A stretch of DNA of 63,405 nt, filler included, from Octopus bimaculoides (taxonomy: Eukaryota): NCBI RefSeq assembly GCF_001194135.2. It is 8 parts of 8 records of this genome, joined end to end, with 100 filler letters (N's around TTAATTAATTAA, not from the genome) between each part and the next. Parts side by side here need not be neighbours in the genome. Positions count along the whole stretch, not along the records: positions 6,978 to 23,728 come from NC_068986.1; positions 23,829 to 35,375 come from NC_068992.1; 6 more parts are not named here. One strand, written 5' to 3'. Under the pieces are notes generated by a model. That model did not search any database, was not told the DNA's origin, and worked only from the letters and a program-made list of their open reading frames with translations. The stretch's first letter is position 1; each line of letters opens with the position of its first letter. A program made the position numbers and the translations under genes. Shown here piece after piece: positions 12,111 through 24,260 of the stretch.

Positions 12111-14396
12111 ATAAGTACAGATACTAACAAAACATACCTACAAACACAACTTTAAATATATTTCTAAACGTTACTCTGTATAGATAGATAATATGGCGTG
12201 TATGAATACATTTTTATGTATGTGTAAAATTTCGTAAACTAAAAACGTCTAAATAAAAAGAGGAAAAAAATAATTATACAAACAAAAAGAAAAAAAGATA
12301 ACTTACATTATCTTTTAAAGTGATCATTAGTAAGGACATTATCATGTTCCTCATGATACAAGCAGCAGCTGTAGCAACATTAAAAGTCACCAGTGACAAT
12401 AGAGAACATCAACAGTAATGTTGCAGAGTAGAGACAAGAATAACAAAGTAACAAACACTAACACCTTTAAAGAGAAAGAAAGAAAGAAGAATGGAGTCAA
12501 GATCAAGTACGCCAACAACAAGAATATATCAAATAATTTAAAATTAGTTTCTCTCTTTCTTCCTGTATAAATACACACACACGCACACTCACACATTCAC
12601 ATATATACATCCATATGTATGTGTGTGTATATATATATATATATATATTTAAGTGCCAACGAACGAAATTGTCGGACCTTGAGTCACTCTGTTGTTTCTG
12701 ATAAATAATAATAAAAATATACATATACTCATATTTTGAGTTCTATTTTCCCTGTTTGTATCACTAAACCCTTATATATGTATATATATATATATTAATA
12801 GTTATCGCCAAGGTAACATGGCGGTCCCCAAAAACGAAAATAGGACGAATGCTGCCGTTCATTAGCTTCAAGAGGCCATCGCCTCTAGCTAGATATGTGA
12901 TGCACGAACCTGTGTCCATTATAACCTCCGAACAGGAGAGGCTAACTGCTTCCCCTTGCGGGTGTGGCATATTTTGTATCTTTTCATTTATCTTGCTAGC
13001 TTACGTATTGGCGTTTGCTAAATTTTTTTGAGAACAATCTTTTCTTAGTGGTCAGACCATATGGGTCTTCTTCTAGCATAATGGATATTCACTTGGTGGT
13101 CATCCCTCTTATATGAATGTAATATCATTTTTTTGAATCTCCAGATTTTTCAATATGCTAGGCCACTGGTTTTAAATAGATATTAATCAAATTAATATTC
13201 AATTTTTCACCCTTATTATTTAAATTTATTTATATATATATANNNNNNNNNNNNNNNNNNNNNNNNNNNNNNNNNNNNNNNNNNNNNNNNNNNNNNNNNN
13301 NNNNNNNNNNNNNNNNNNNNNNNNNNNNNNNNNNNNNNNNNNNNNNNNNNNNNNNNNNNNNNNNNNNNNNNNNNNNNNNNNNNNNNNNNNNNNNNNNNNN
13401 NNNNNNNNNNNNNNNNNNNNNNNNNNNNNNNNNNNNNNNNNNNNNNNNNNNNNNNNNNNNNNNNNNNNNNNNNNNNNNNNNNNNNNNNNNNNNNNNNNNN
13501 NNNNNNNNNNNNNNNNNNNNNNNNNNNNNNNNNNNNNNNNNNNNNNNNNNNNNNNNNNNNNNNNNNNNNNNNNNNNNNNNNNNNNNNNNNNNNNNNNNNN
13601 NNNNNNNNNNNNNNNNNNNNNNNNNNNNNNNNNNNNNNNNNNNNNNNNNNNNNNNNNNNNNNNNNNNNNNNNNNNNNNNNNNNNNNNNNNNNNNNNNNNN
13701 NNNNNNNNNNNNNNNNNNNNNNNNNNNNNNNNNNNNNNNNNNNNNNNNNNNNNNNNNNNNNNNNNNNNNNNNNNNNNNNNNNNNNNNNNNNNNNNNNNNN
13801 NNNNNNNNNNNNNNNNNNNNNNNNNNNNNNNNNNNNNNNNNNNNNNNNNNNNNNNNNNNNNNNNNNNNNNNNNNNNNNNNNNNNNNNNNNNNNNNNNNNN
13901 NNNNNNNNNNNNNNNNNNNNNNNNNNNNNNNNNNNNNNNNNNNNNNNNNNNNNNNNNNNNNNNNNNNNNNNNNNNNNNNNNNNNNNNNNNNNNNNNNNNN
14001 NNNNNNNNNNNNNNNNNNNNNNNNNNNNNNNNNNNNNNNNNNNNNNNNNNNNNNNNNNNNNNNNNNNNNNNNNNNNNNNNNNNNNNNNNNNNNNNNNNNN
14101 NNNNNNNNNNNNNNNNNNNNNNNNNNNNNNNNNNNNNNNNNNNNNNNNNNNNNNNNNNNNNNNNNNNNNNNNNNNNNNNNNNNNNNNTCTAGCAATACAG
14201 ATGTTTCTAACATCCTAGTAACGTTTAGTGACGATTATATATATATGGAGAAAATGTACAAAATGTAGAAATAGATGATGAGGCACAGTTTCGATTACCT
14301 GTTGTTATCTGTAGATTTACTGCAGGGACTTCATAGTGGCAGCTGGGGTAATAGTATTAATGAAATAGGAGATGGAATGTGTAATAGACTTATTTA

Positions 14397-14440
14397 GGTA
14401 CAACACATGTTTCGACCCGTTCTGGGTCTCTTCAGGTACA
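14397..14440 (-). ncRNA. Minimal type I hammerhead ribozyme motif, PLE-terminus-like
   Basis: Minus strand reads gtac-CTGAAGA-gaccc-agaac-gggtc-GAAAC-atgt-GTT-gtac. Core is canonical, stem II is 5 bp, stem III is 2 bp with a 4-nt loop, stem I is 4 bp. Confidence 0.65.
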
Positions 14441-14929
14441 TCAATAAAAGGTCTCACGAGAGATTTCTTGAGTCGGTTTGCGTACCACTATATGACCACC
14501 AAATTCGAGAATGAGTAGAAACAGAAAATTTATTGAAACGCAAAAAAATTCAAATATGAACGTGGAATGTATACATTGTAATTTAAAGAAACTGACGTAA
14601 TGAGCTTTCGCTGTTGTAACTGTTAAGGGAAAGAAAAGGAAGTAGAAATTGAATGGAACATAATACTTTGACGAAAATTCTTTTTGTGTTCGTGCTTAGA
14701 CGCATATATACATACGCCTTCACACACACAAATCTAAGTATATGGGCATATACATATAACTAGATACTCGCGCATACGCACACGTATGGACGAATATGCA
14801 CATATATATGTATAGGAACTCGTACACGCAGGTACACACGTGTATATATACATAAATATACGTACATAGCATAGATGAATATACGCATAGATTCGTACGT
14901 GAAGCAAGATACGCACATCTATGCAAGGC

Positions 14930-14983
<54 letters not shown>

Positions 14984-15019
14984 NNNNNNNNNNNNNNNNN
15001 NNNNNNNNNNNNNNNNNNN

Positions 15020-15062
<43 letters not shown>

Positions 15063-15635
15063 TACATATACATACATGGATCTAGATTGCGAGATGATAT
15101 GTCAAATACAAGTTATTCGAATATAGCCCCTCAAGTTGTCGGCGCCATGTATACATCTAGGTAATTGTTCAATGAATTTATTGAACACACATGAATTTAT
15201 TTATATATAGTTGAAATTTATAGAAAAACAAGAGTCGAGACAGGTGTAGGAAGAACAAGCAAGTATATTAGTTTGACGCTCGGGGAAAATGGAAAAGTCT
15301 TTTACGTTTCGACAGAAAAGAATGAGAGGAAATAAAAAGAAAGAGAATGGAAAAGAAGTATAGATTTCAGCTGTCCAGCATGGCGACAATTAGAAGAAAA
15401 GAGGTTGAATGAAAGGGAGATAATAATAAAGAGATGTTGAGCGAAAGGGAGATATATGTATGTAAGTATATGTGTGTGTCTGTGTGTAATCTTATTGGAT
15501 GAGTTTGTTATAGGGGAAGCCTGTTTGAGAAGTACCTTGGAACGAAACTCTAATTACGTGTGTCATTTGTGTAGTAACCTCAGCCAATAAAGAAACCCCT
15601 ATACTGTGTTTTGTGACTTTTCTTTGTCAAGCCAT

Positions 15636-15668
<33 letters not shown>

Positions 15669-15981
15669 TCAACCATACACATATATACACGTGCATACAT
15701 AGGCACGAACACACAAACCACGCACCTATATTTGATATCTAAACCCTTCCAGGTTAAGGCCATAGATTTCGCCACTAAATAACGTTAGCCTCTATATCGA
15801 ATATTGAGATAATCCTGCATTCACGTACAATCCCATAGTTAAATAAAGCGTTGACCTGGGCCAAGAAGTGCCAAAGTACAGCTCTAGTTTCTTATAAGAA
15901 AGCTGATCTTTGCGATCTGGTCGACCGTTACACATTGCATATGCTCAAAGGTAATTCTCTGAATAGTGAAGGCCAATAATG

Positions 15982-16246
15982 AAGGTGAATAGTTCAGTGG
16001 TTAGAGCGTCGGGCTCACAATCATGAGGTAGTGAGTTCGTTTCCCGACCGGTCCGTGTGTTGTGTTCTTGAGCAAGACACTTTAAATGAGTTGCGACGTC
16101 ACTGGTGTCAACATCGGTGACGTAGAAGGGGGAGGCTGGTATGCATGGGTGTCTGCTAGCCTTCAATAAACAACCTTGCCCTGACTTGTGCCGCGGAGGG
16201 GAACTTTCCAGGTGCAATCTTCTCGTCATTAATGACCGAAGGGTGT
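15982..16246 (+). mobile_element. tRNA-derived CORE-type SINE (octopus OR-like), internally deleted
   Basis: A-box tagttcagtgg, B-box gagttcgtttccc and CORE-like gttgtgttcttgagcaagacactt. Confidence 0.75.
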
Positions 16247-16289
16247 CGTTACTCTAGTCGAAATTGTTGACCGTTTCTCTCCTCTCATG

Positions 16290-16885
16290 AGCGCGATCCA
16301 TATCAACATTAGCTACGAATACGAAGTCTTGAAAAGTCTTAGGCGTGCTGGAGCAGTTGTGGGCTCATTGGAGAAGGCTGTTTGGCGCTGCCGATATCTG
16401 AGCAAGAGTACAAAGGCTTGGGTCTCTGGGTCTTTATTTCTTGCTGTTTTGGTCTACATTTGCAAGGCTTGGACATTGTCCGGGGCACTAAGAGGCCGCC
16501 TGGATCCCTTTAGTACCAAGACGTTTCGCAGGATTATGGGATACCATTGGTCGAATTTCGTCAAGAACTATACTCAGAACCATACTCAGAAACTGGTATG
16601 TGTCCTGTTTAATCTAGGATTCAGGAGCATCAGATTCGACTGTTTGATCATTTTGTTTGATTTCCCGATTTGTATCCTATGTGCCGTGTTTTTACTTGGA
16701 GGATCCGGCTTGGGCGAAGGCTCGTGTTGGTCTGCAAGTTTCCTCATAGTCACAGTGGATGAGGAAATAGGGATTGACTGGGACAGTGCTTGGACGGTTG
16801 CCCGAGATGACTTGAGCAAATACCGACAGATAGTGGATGCAGCGACGCGCTACAACGGCGCATGACCCCATAGCTGACCAGACCT
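16290..16885 (+). mobile_element. RTE-clade LINE 3' end, decayed
   Basis: Reads AWTLSGALRGRLDPFSTKTFRRIMGYHWSNFVKN and SAWTVARDDLSKYRQIVDAATRYNGA, followed by a tgacc-type tail. Confidence 0.85.
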
Positions 16886-17003
16886 CGTAGTACCGAGATT
16901 ACAGATTATCTTAAATCCGGCAACTGCAGATATGTCTCCGTAGTAAGTTTTGCATTAAAACCATCAGCACCTCTATTCTTAACATTCTACTCTAATCGCG
17001 GTG

Positions 17004-17316
17004 GAGGCGCAATGGCCCAGTGGTTAGGGCAGCGGACTCGCGGTCATAGGATCACGGTTTCGTTTCCCAGGCCGGGCGTTGTGAGTGTTTATCGAGCGAA
17101 AACACCTAAAGCCCCACGAGGCTCCGGCAGGGGGTGGTGGCGAACCCTGCTGTACTCTTTCACCACAGCTTTCTCTTACTTCTTGTTTCTGTTGTGCCTG
17201 CAATTCAAAGGGTCAGCCTTGTCACACTGTGTCACGCTGAATATCCCCGAGAACTACGTTAAGGGTACACATGTCCGTGGAGTGCTCAGCCACTTACACG
17301 TTAATTTCACGAGCAG
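17004..17316 (+). mobile_element. tRNA-derived SINE, family B; 3' end lost in the gap
   Basis: A-box tggcccagtgg and B-box-like ggtttcgtttccc. Other copies at 51534-51649 (+), 61611-61743 (-) and a 3' end at 63321-63405 (-). Confidence 0.85.
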
Positions 17317-18894
17317 NNNNNNNNNNNNNNNNNNNNNNNNNNNNNNNNNNNNNNNNNNNNNNNNNNNNNNNNNNNNNNNNNNNNNNNNNNNNNNNNNNNN
17401 NNNNNNNNNNNNNNNNNNNNNNNNNNNNNNNNNNNNNNNNNNNNNNNNNNNNNNNNNNNNNNNNNNNNNNNNNNNNNNNNNNNNNNNNNNNNNNNNNNNN
17501 NNNNNNNNNNNNNNNNNNNNNNNNNNNNNNNNNNNNNNNNNNNNNNNNNNNNNNNNNNNNNNNNNNNNNNNNNNNNNNNNNNNNNNNNNNNNNNNNNNNN
17601 NNNNNNNNNNNNNNNNNNNNNNNNNNNNNNNNNNNNNNNNNNNNNNNNNNNNNNNNNNNNNNNNNNNNNNNNNNNNNNNNNNNNNNNNNNNNNNNNNNNN
17701 NNNNNNNNNNNNNNNNATATATACATGCATACACACACACACACATGAAGGAGTTGTGCTAAGAGTAGAGATAAATGTTTATAAACCATTGGCCGGGATG
17801 AGTCTAATTGGAACTTCCGGATGGATTTAAAGTACAAATTATTCCAATAGTTTCGTAGGAACTGATTATCCGTCCTTGTTCTTCCGGTTGCTGTGGTTGT
17901 TACTGATGTTATTACTGTTGTTTTTGGGATGTTTTTTTTACATTTGTTTTCTTTTTCGTTTTCCGTTTTCTTTTCAAGCAATTGAGTCCGTTCGTCTGGC
18001 ACCGTATAATGGTAAACAACATTACCAGACATTTGCTGTTATTGTTTAATTTTTTCTTTGTTTTCATTATCCTGGAAGTTCATCTGTTTTGTGGTTTGCT
18101 TGTTGGGTTATTTTGCCTTCCTTTTCTCATTCCCTCTAGGAATACATGCTTTTTTTATTATATATATATATATATATATTTTTAAAACATTTTTTGCTGC
18201 TATTTTTCTTAGCTGCCATTTATAGCTGTAACTATGTTACATGTTTTATTGATGTTGCTATCGCCGTTGTAATACCATTGCAGTTATTGCTGTAGTTATC
18301 AATATTGTTGTTACTAACATTGCTTTTTGTTTGTCTTAATATTTGCTACAATTTATGTTGTCATTTACGTATGTAAAATCGTTGGTGTTGTTAGTAATGT
18401 TGTTGTTGTTATTTCAGATAACAGTTATTTCTCAGTTTTTTCCCCCTCGTCATACTATCTTTGTTATTAATTTTGTTGTGATTACTATCATAGTTACTAT
18501 GACAACATGTGTTTCATAGATGTAATTGACTTAATTTTTGTTGTTCTCGTGGTTGTTGTTTTTATTGTTGTTGTTGCTGTTAATGTGGTTGTTTTGCTTA
18601 TATTATCTCAGGTTTTGTTTTCTATGCTGTTATTTCCATGTTGTTAGCGTCCGTTTATTGTTTTCTATAATGACGATAATGATCATGATTATGATGATCA
18701 TACTGATGATAATTTTAATGATGTTATTTCGGATACATATATGTACGTAAGCATGGGTGCATATGTATATGTAAATGTACATGTATGCATATGTGTATGT
18801 GTATTCTTTCATACATATACATATATGATTACATAAACACTCAGACATACACACGTACCCATACTGATATATATATCTCTCTATGTCTTTGTAC

Positions 18895-18972
<78 letters not shown>

Positions 18973-19113
18973 ACACATATATGCATATATATATACATAG
19001 TATATATGTATATATATATATGTGTGTATATATACACACATATATATGTATATGTATATATGTATATATATGTATATATGTATGTATGTATGTATGTATG
19101 TACATGCATATAT

Positions 19114-19156
<43 letters not shown>

Positions 19157-21017
19157 TGTGTGTATGTATTTATATATTCGAAGTTCAAGATTAACTTTGT
19201 ATATTTAATGTTTTGAAAAGCATATATCACTAGAGCGAATGCAGTTGGAAAGCGTGATATTATTCAAAGGATTGTTTTGAATGTAACTGTTAGTAATATC
19301 CCTACTAATCATTGTAATATCCCTACTAATCGTTTTAGCAATAGAAACACCAGAATTAACGGCAGCTGTATCTATCTTTTAGATTATTTATACTTAAGAT
19401 TTTGAGATACTAGTCTTCTGTCTGAGAAATCCTTATGTAAATAGGCTTAAGATTCTAGCGGTGTTATTATGGCGTTTAACGAAAGATAGGATTATAACAT
19501 CATCCCCCGTTTGTATATTTTTGTCGTTTAAACGATTCGAATTATTTGGTATATAACGTATTTTATCTTGGAACTCGTTGCTTTTTAGACATAATAATAA
19601 TTGCAATAAACGGCAGAATATTGCTATAAACAGCAGAATAGCTAAATGAATCTTCATCGATCGAAGAATTATAATATCGCTGATATGGGTCTTCATTTTC
19701 AATTAATTTAGGGATGTTGTCTTTAAATGTTTGTTACATTGAGTTCATGTATTTGACTATTTTGTGAGGAGTCTTTCTAGAATTACGATAGAGATTAAAG
19801 TCTATGTTTACTGATACGACTTTAGATAAGAGTGTATATAAGCGCAGGTCTTCACATAGGTAATTAGTAGTTGAAGAAATACATACATCACAGTAAATGA
19901 GATGCTTTATATGGTATAATCGCCCTGAAATCGAACTCATGACGATACATTTCAATAGAATCGTGAATATATATTTATATCTTTATATCGTATATTTGCT
20001 TATTTTTATATTTCTATATATAAATATGTAAAAACAAACACAAACACGAATGCAAACACCAACAAAAACACAAGCAAATAAGTATGTATGTATGAAAAAT
20101 AGACACTCATGTACATCACAGGGAACATTTAAATTCTTCTAAACGAAGTATATTCCAATGAGAATATTTTATAACTAATTAAGAATTAATTAGAGCTATG
20201 ACAAACGTCTGTGAAAGAAATTAGGCGGAAAGTGAGAACCCAGAATATTAGTGATACAAAGAGGATACAGGGCTATANNNNNNNNNNNNNNNNNNNNNNN
20301 NNNNNNNNNNNNNNNNNNNNNNNNNNNNNNNNNNNNNNNNNNNNNNNNNNNNNNNNNNNNNNNNNNNNNNNNNNNNNNNNNNNNNNNNNNNNNNNNNNNN
20401 NNNNNNNNNNNNNNNNNNNNNNNNNNNNNNNNNNNNNNNNNNNNNNNNNNNNNNNNNNNNNNNNNNNNNNNNNNNNNNNNNNNNNNNNNNNNNNNNNNNN
20501 NNNNNNNNNNNNNNNNNNNNNNNNNNNNNNNNNNNNNNNNNNNNNNNNNNNNNNNNNNNNNNNNNNNNNNNNNNNNNNNNNNNNNNNNNNNNNNNNNNNN
20601 NNNNNNNNNNTACAGAATATCGCTTATATATTCATATATATGTATGTGAGTGTGTGCGTGTATAATATTGCTTATATATATGTTGTTTCATAAACACATA
20701 CACACATATATATGTATGTAGAGACACACACACACACACACATATAATTATCAAATTTTATTGGAAATGAAAAATTGTTCATAAATATTTACTTTTGTTC
20801 CACGTTTCCGATGGTCGAACGAAAAACTGAACAAATGAGGAATTACTGAGTTTATTCAACGACAACCAAAATTATCAATCAAAGCAAGTACCATACTCTT
20901 ACTGGATGTTGCTTGCCAACAGCTTTGCAAAGATCGGATGTTGTTGGAGAAGCCGTTTGAACATTGAGATAAATATAAATACAAATATAAACATTTCATT
21001 AAATAATTATACAAACA

Positions 21018-21365
21018 TGGAACACAAATATGATGGCTGACTACTGCTGGCATCTGCAAAGAGACTGTCGTGATGCAAGTTATTCACGCAAAACAGCAAA
21101 GAGAAAGTTCACGCCTTGAGTAGCTGAATCTCTTGTTTAAGAGAAATATCTATCCTAAAATGTGTAATTAAACCTTTTGTGAAATATATTTGTTAAACAA
21201 TAAAAATTACCGTATTAGTTGATTATTTCTGAATTGCATATAATGGCAAAGATAAACTTCTTTTTTTTTTAATAGATGCATTCCTGTTTAACAAGAAACT
21301 TGACGTGGTGGAAAATTTCTGACGGCATTTCTGAAATCAGCAACATCAAATTAGATAGGACTAGT
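21018..21365 (+). mobile_element. Chapaev3-like DNA transposon C-terminus and 3' flank
   Basis: 21018-21119 reads WNTNMMADYCWHLQRDCRDASYSRKTAKRKFTP*. The W...MMADYCW.L.RD motif is recalled from Chapaev3-type transposases. Confidence 0.6.
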
Positions 21366-21912
21366 TGCAATAAGCAATACAACTAAAAGAATTTTCAAGA
21401 ACGTCTCCCAGTAGACATTCTCGAAAATGTCTCCCAGGAGACATACGTGGAGGAGGAGGACAGAAGAAAAAGAAGAAAATGAAGTTGATACGATGTATAT
21501 AAAACATTTCCACGCACATTTGTATACATATAAACACATACATATATAGATAAAATATGTATTCACAAGGAATAGTCACACATACATAAATACATACATA
21601 CATATGCATGTGTGTGTATTAACAGAAAGACCAACACACCAACTCAACCACATATTACAAACACCGGGAACTCTCTTAACTAAAAAAAAGTCTTGTCGCT
21701 TTTCTTGCAACATGCTTGAACTCACTTAAGAAGAATTTAAAGAAAAATCGGAGAAAAATCATGCATACATATGTACATGTACACGCAGACATATACACAC
21801 ATTGTTTTTTAATGCAGTATTGGTATATTTTCGATACTTGAAGCCTCCTGCTGATAGTAATAACCCTTTTCCATCATAATTCACAAACGGAAATGACAGT
21901 TTGGCGCGCGCG

Positions 21913-21972
<60 letters not shown>

Positions 21973-22021
21973 TTTGCAATGTAATATATGGATTCATGGA
22001 ATCGTATGAAACCTCCTCTAA

Positions 22022-22258
22022 CGGAAGGCGGCGAGCTGGCAGAAACGTTAGCTCGCCGGGCGAAATTCTTAGCCGTATTTCGTCTGCAGTTACCTTCTGA
22101 GTTCAAATTTCGCCGAGGTCGACTTTGCCTTTCATCCTTTCAGGGTCGATAAATTAAGTACCAGTTACGCACTGGGGTCGATGTAATCGATTTAATCCCT
22201 CTGTCTGTCCTTGTTTGTCCCCTCTATATTTAGCCCCTTGTGGGCAGTAAAGAAATAA
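22022..22258 (+). mobile_element. Full-length tRNA-derived SINE (Meta-domain-like, family C) with a 14-bp TSD
   Basis: Head ggcggcgagctggcagaaacgttag...gagttcaaatt and central gtcgactttgcctttcatcctttcagggtcgataaattaagtaccag. Perfect TSD gaaacctcctctaa at 22008-22021 and 22259-22272. Confidence 0.9.
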
Positions 22259-22599
22259 GAAACCTCCTCTAATGGATTTGACTAACAGACCACATAGTAA
22301 TCCAACACAGAAGAGGATAATGCAGTGTCCATGCAGCTGAAATCCAATCGATGAAATTTATTTCATGAGAAGTATATAAAACATACAAAGCAAGAAATAT
22401 AAGAGGTGACCACACAGTCACTCATATATATATATATATGTTAGAGACTAAAAGATTTTATAAATTGTTGCTCTATTTCAAAACGACTTAGGCCATTGAG
22501 TACATATTTCACCCGCATCTATTTTAGAATATTCTCAAAATATTATCTTGGTTTCCTTATACATCTGATCCTATCATTAATTTTTGAATAAATAAACGC

Positions 22600-23400
22600 T
22601 CACACATTCTAAAGTACTGGATCTATTTCCATCAGACCAGAAACATTATTGGCAGATCCATGACAAATTAATCGTTATGTTTACGTGGTATCTATACACT
22701 TGAGGTGTTTTGTTCAGTGCTTTCCGTCAGGGTAGATTATTTCTCGGTTACTACTGGTCTTATTGTGGGATTTCTGCATTGTGAGTAAAATATGCACCGT
22801 TTGGGTATCCTGTAGAGACATTCTCAAATCAATATCCGGTCCAGTAAAGGTGATATCCTTGTTGGCTTTCGAGAAGTCAGTTGCAACATTTATTCTACTG
22901 TGAATGGAATTTGGTGTGTGTTGTATAATAAAGTATTCTTCTCTCTTCCGACTCTCGGTATGAACAATTAAGTATCATATCAGTAGTACAGTGTTATAGT
23001 AAGACTATGTGGATTAAATCTTTTGTTCTACGTTGTCCATATATTACATTAAATGACCATAAGCGATATTTTGTTGACAATTTTAAATGCAGATTGATAT
23101 AAACCAAACAAAAAACAGAGTTAGGAAATAGATTCAGTAAACAGATCTTGGGTACCTTCCTGCTTGAAACCAAAACGGCCGAGCACCTTCAATTTTAGAG
23201 AAATAGTCATTCGGTCATAACATGGTATTAGAAGATTTCCAGATAAATTAAATTCTAGATCCGCTTAAATCTCTCTAACGGTATTTTAGCCATTGGTTAC
23301 AAGTGACTCCTATACAAGTCATTGATTGTTGTTACTAATATCTCATAAAAAATTCATAGCTGATCTGATGAATGTGAAATTCGAACAATAAGATGTGAGG
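22600..23400 (+). mobile_element. Possible highly decayed PLE (GIY-YIG region and terminus)
   Basis: Scattered motifs CGL..(Y)V, TLNDHKR and RE....FPDKLN, then a degenerate ctgatga...gaac near 23364. Confidence 0.25.
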
Positions 23401-23657
23401 TTCCACTTGTTACAATCAAAAATGATAAATTTTGGTATTGAGTACTTTTTTACCTTTCTGAATGTACATACTTGCTAAAATAATGCACATATACATGCGT
23501 GTTTCTCCGTATTTTGTTTTGTCCGTATGTAAGTCTGTCTATCTATCTATCTATCTATCTATCTGTCTGTTTGTCTCTCAGTTTGTTTGTCTGTGTGTCT
23601 GTGCGTCTGTCTATCTATATTTGTATATATGTACGCTCACACAGACGAATATATATC

Positions 23658-23696
<39 letters not shown>

Positions 23697-23980
23697 CTTC
23701 CTGTAAGAATCTATATTGGTACATGAATNNNNNNNNNNNNNNNNNNNNNNNNNNNNNNNNNNNNNNNNNNNNTTAATTAATTAANNNNNNNNNNNNNNNN
23801 NNNNNNNNNNNNNNNNNNNNNNNNNNNNATATTCAGACAAATACATAACAAAAACACCAGGACTTACAACTATATATAACATACAGAAAATTGCACTACT
23901 GGGCACTGCACACATCCTACGCAAAACACTTTCAATACAGTAAACATAAGAGCACCACAGCAAACCACAGCACATACCCA

Positions 23981-24043
23981 AGGCGCACAGAGCTGCGCTC
24001 GGTAGTGAAGTGAAAGCACGTTATAAAAATAAAACTACTGAAC

Positions 24044-24110
<67 letters not shown>

Positions 24111-24260
24111 TCGGAAAATACGTAAGGAATGAGAACCCATTTCGAAATTCCCTCCCAGGACACCTGAGGGAAGGCTGGAGAGTATATCAGCCGAAACGAT
24201 GTCTTAACAACAAACAAGATGACAAATATCCGTCAAATGTAAATAATGTAAATAATGTAG
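23981..24260 (+). mobile_element. (AAT)n-linked element with hammerhead-like tail; third copy of the family at 58519-59265, with a different head
   Basis: Tail aacatcggaaaatac...gacacctgagggaaggctggagagtatatcagccgaaacgat...aaatatccgtcaaatgtaaataatgtaaataatgt matches 59091-59240. Confidence 0.85.

Noticed and set aside
12764-13031. Short ORFs on both strands in a GC-richer patch
   Set aside because: No recognisable motif or splice signals.
14590-14625. ctgacg...ctttcg hammerhead-like words
   Set aside because: The core elements are not in the correct order on either strand.
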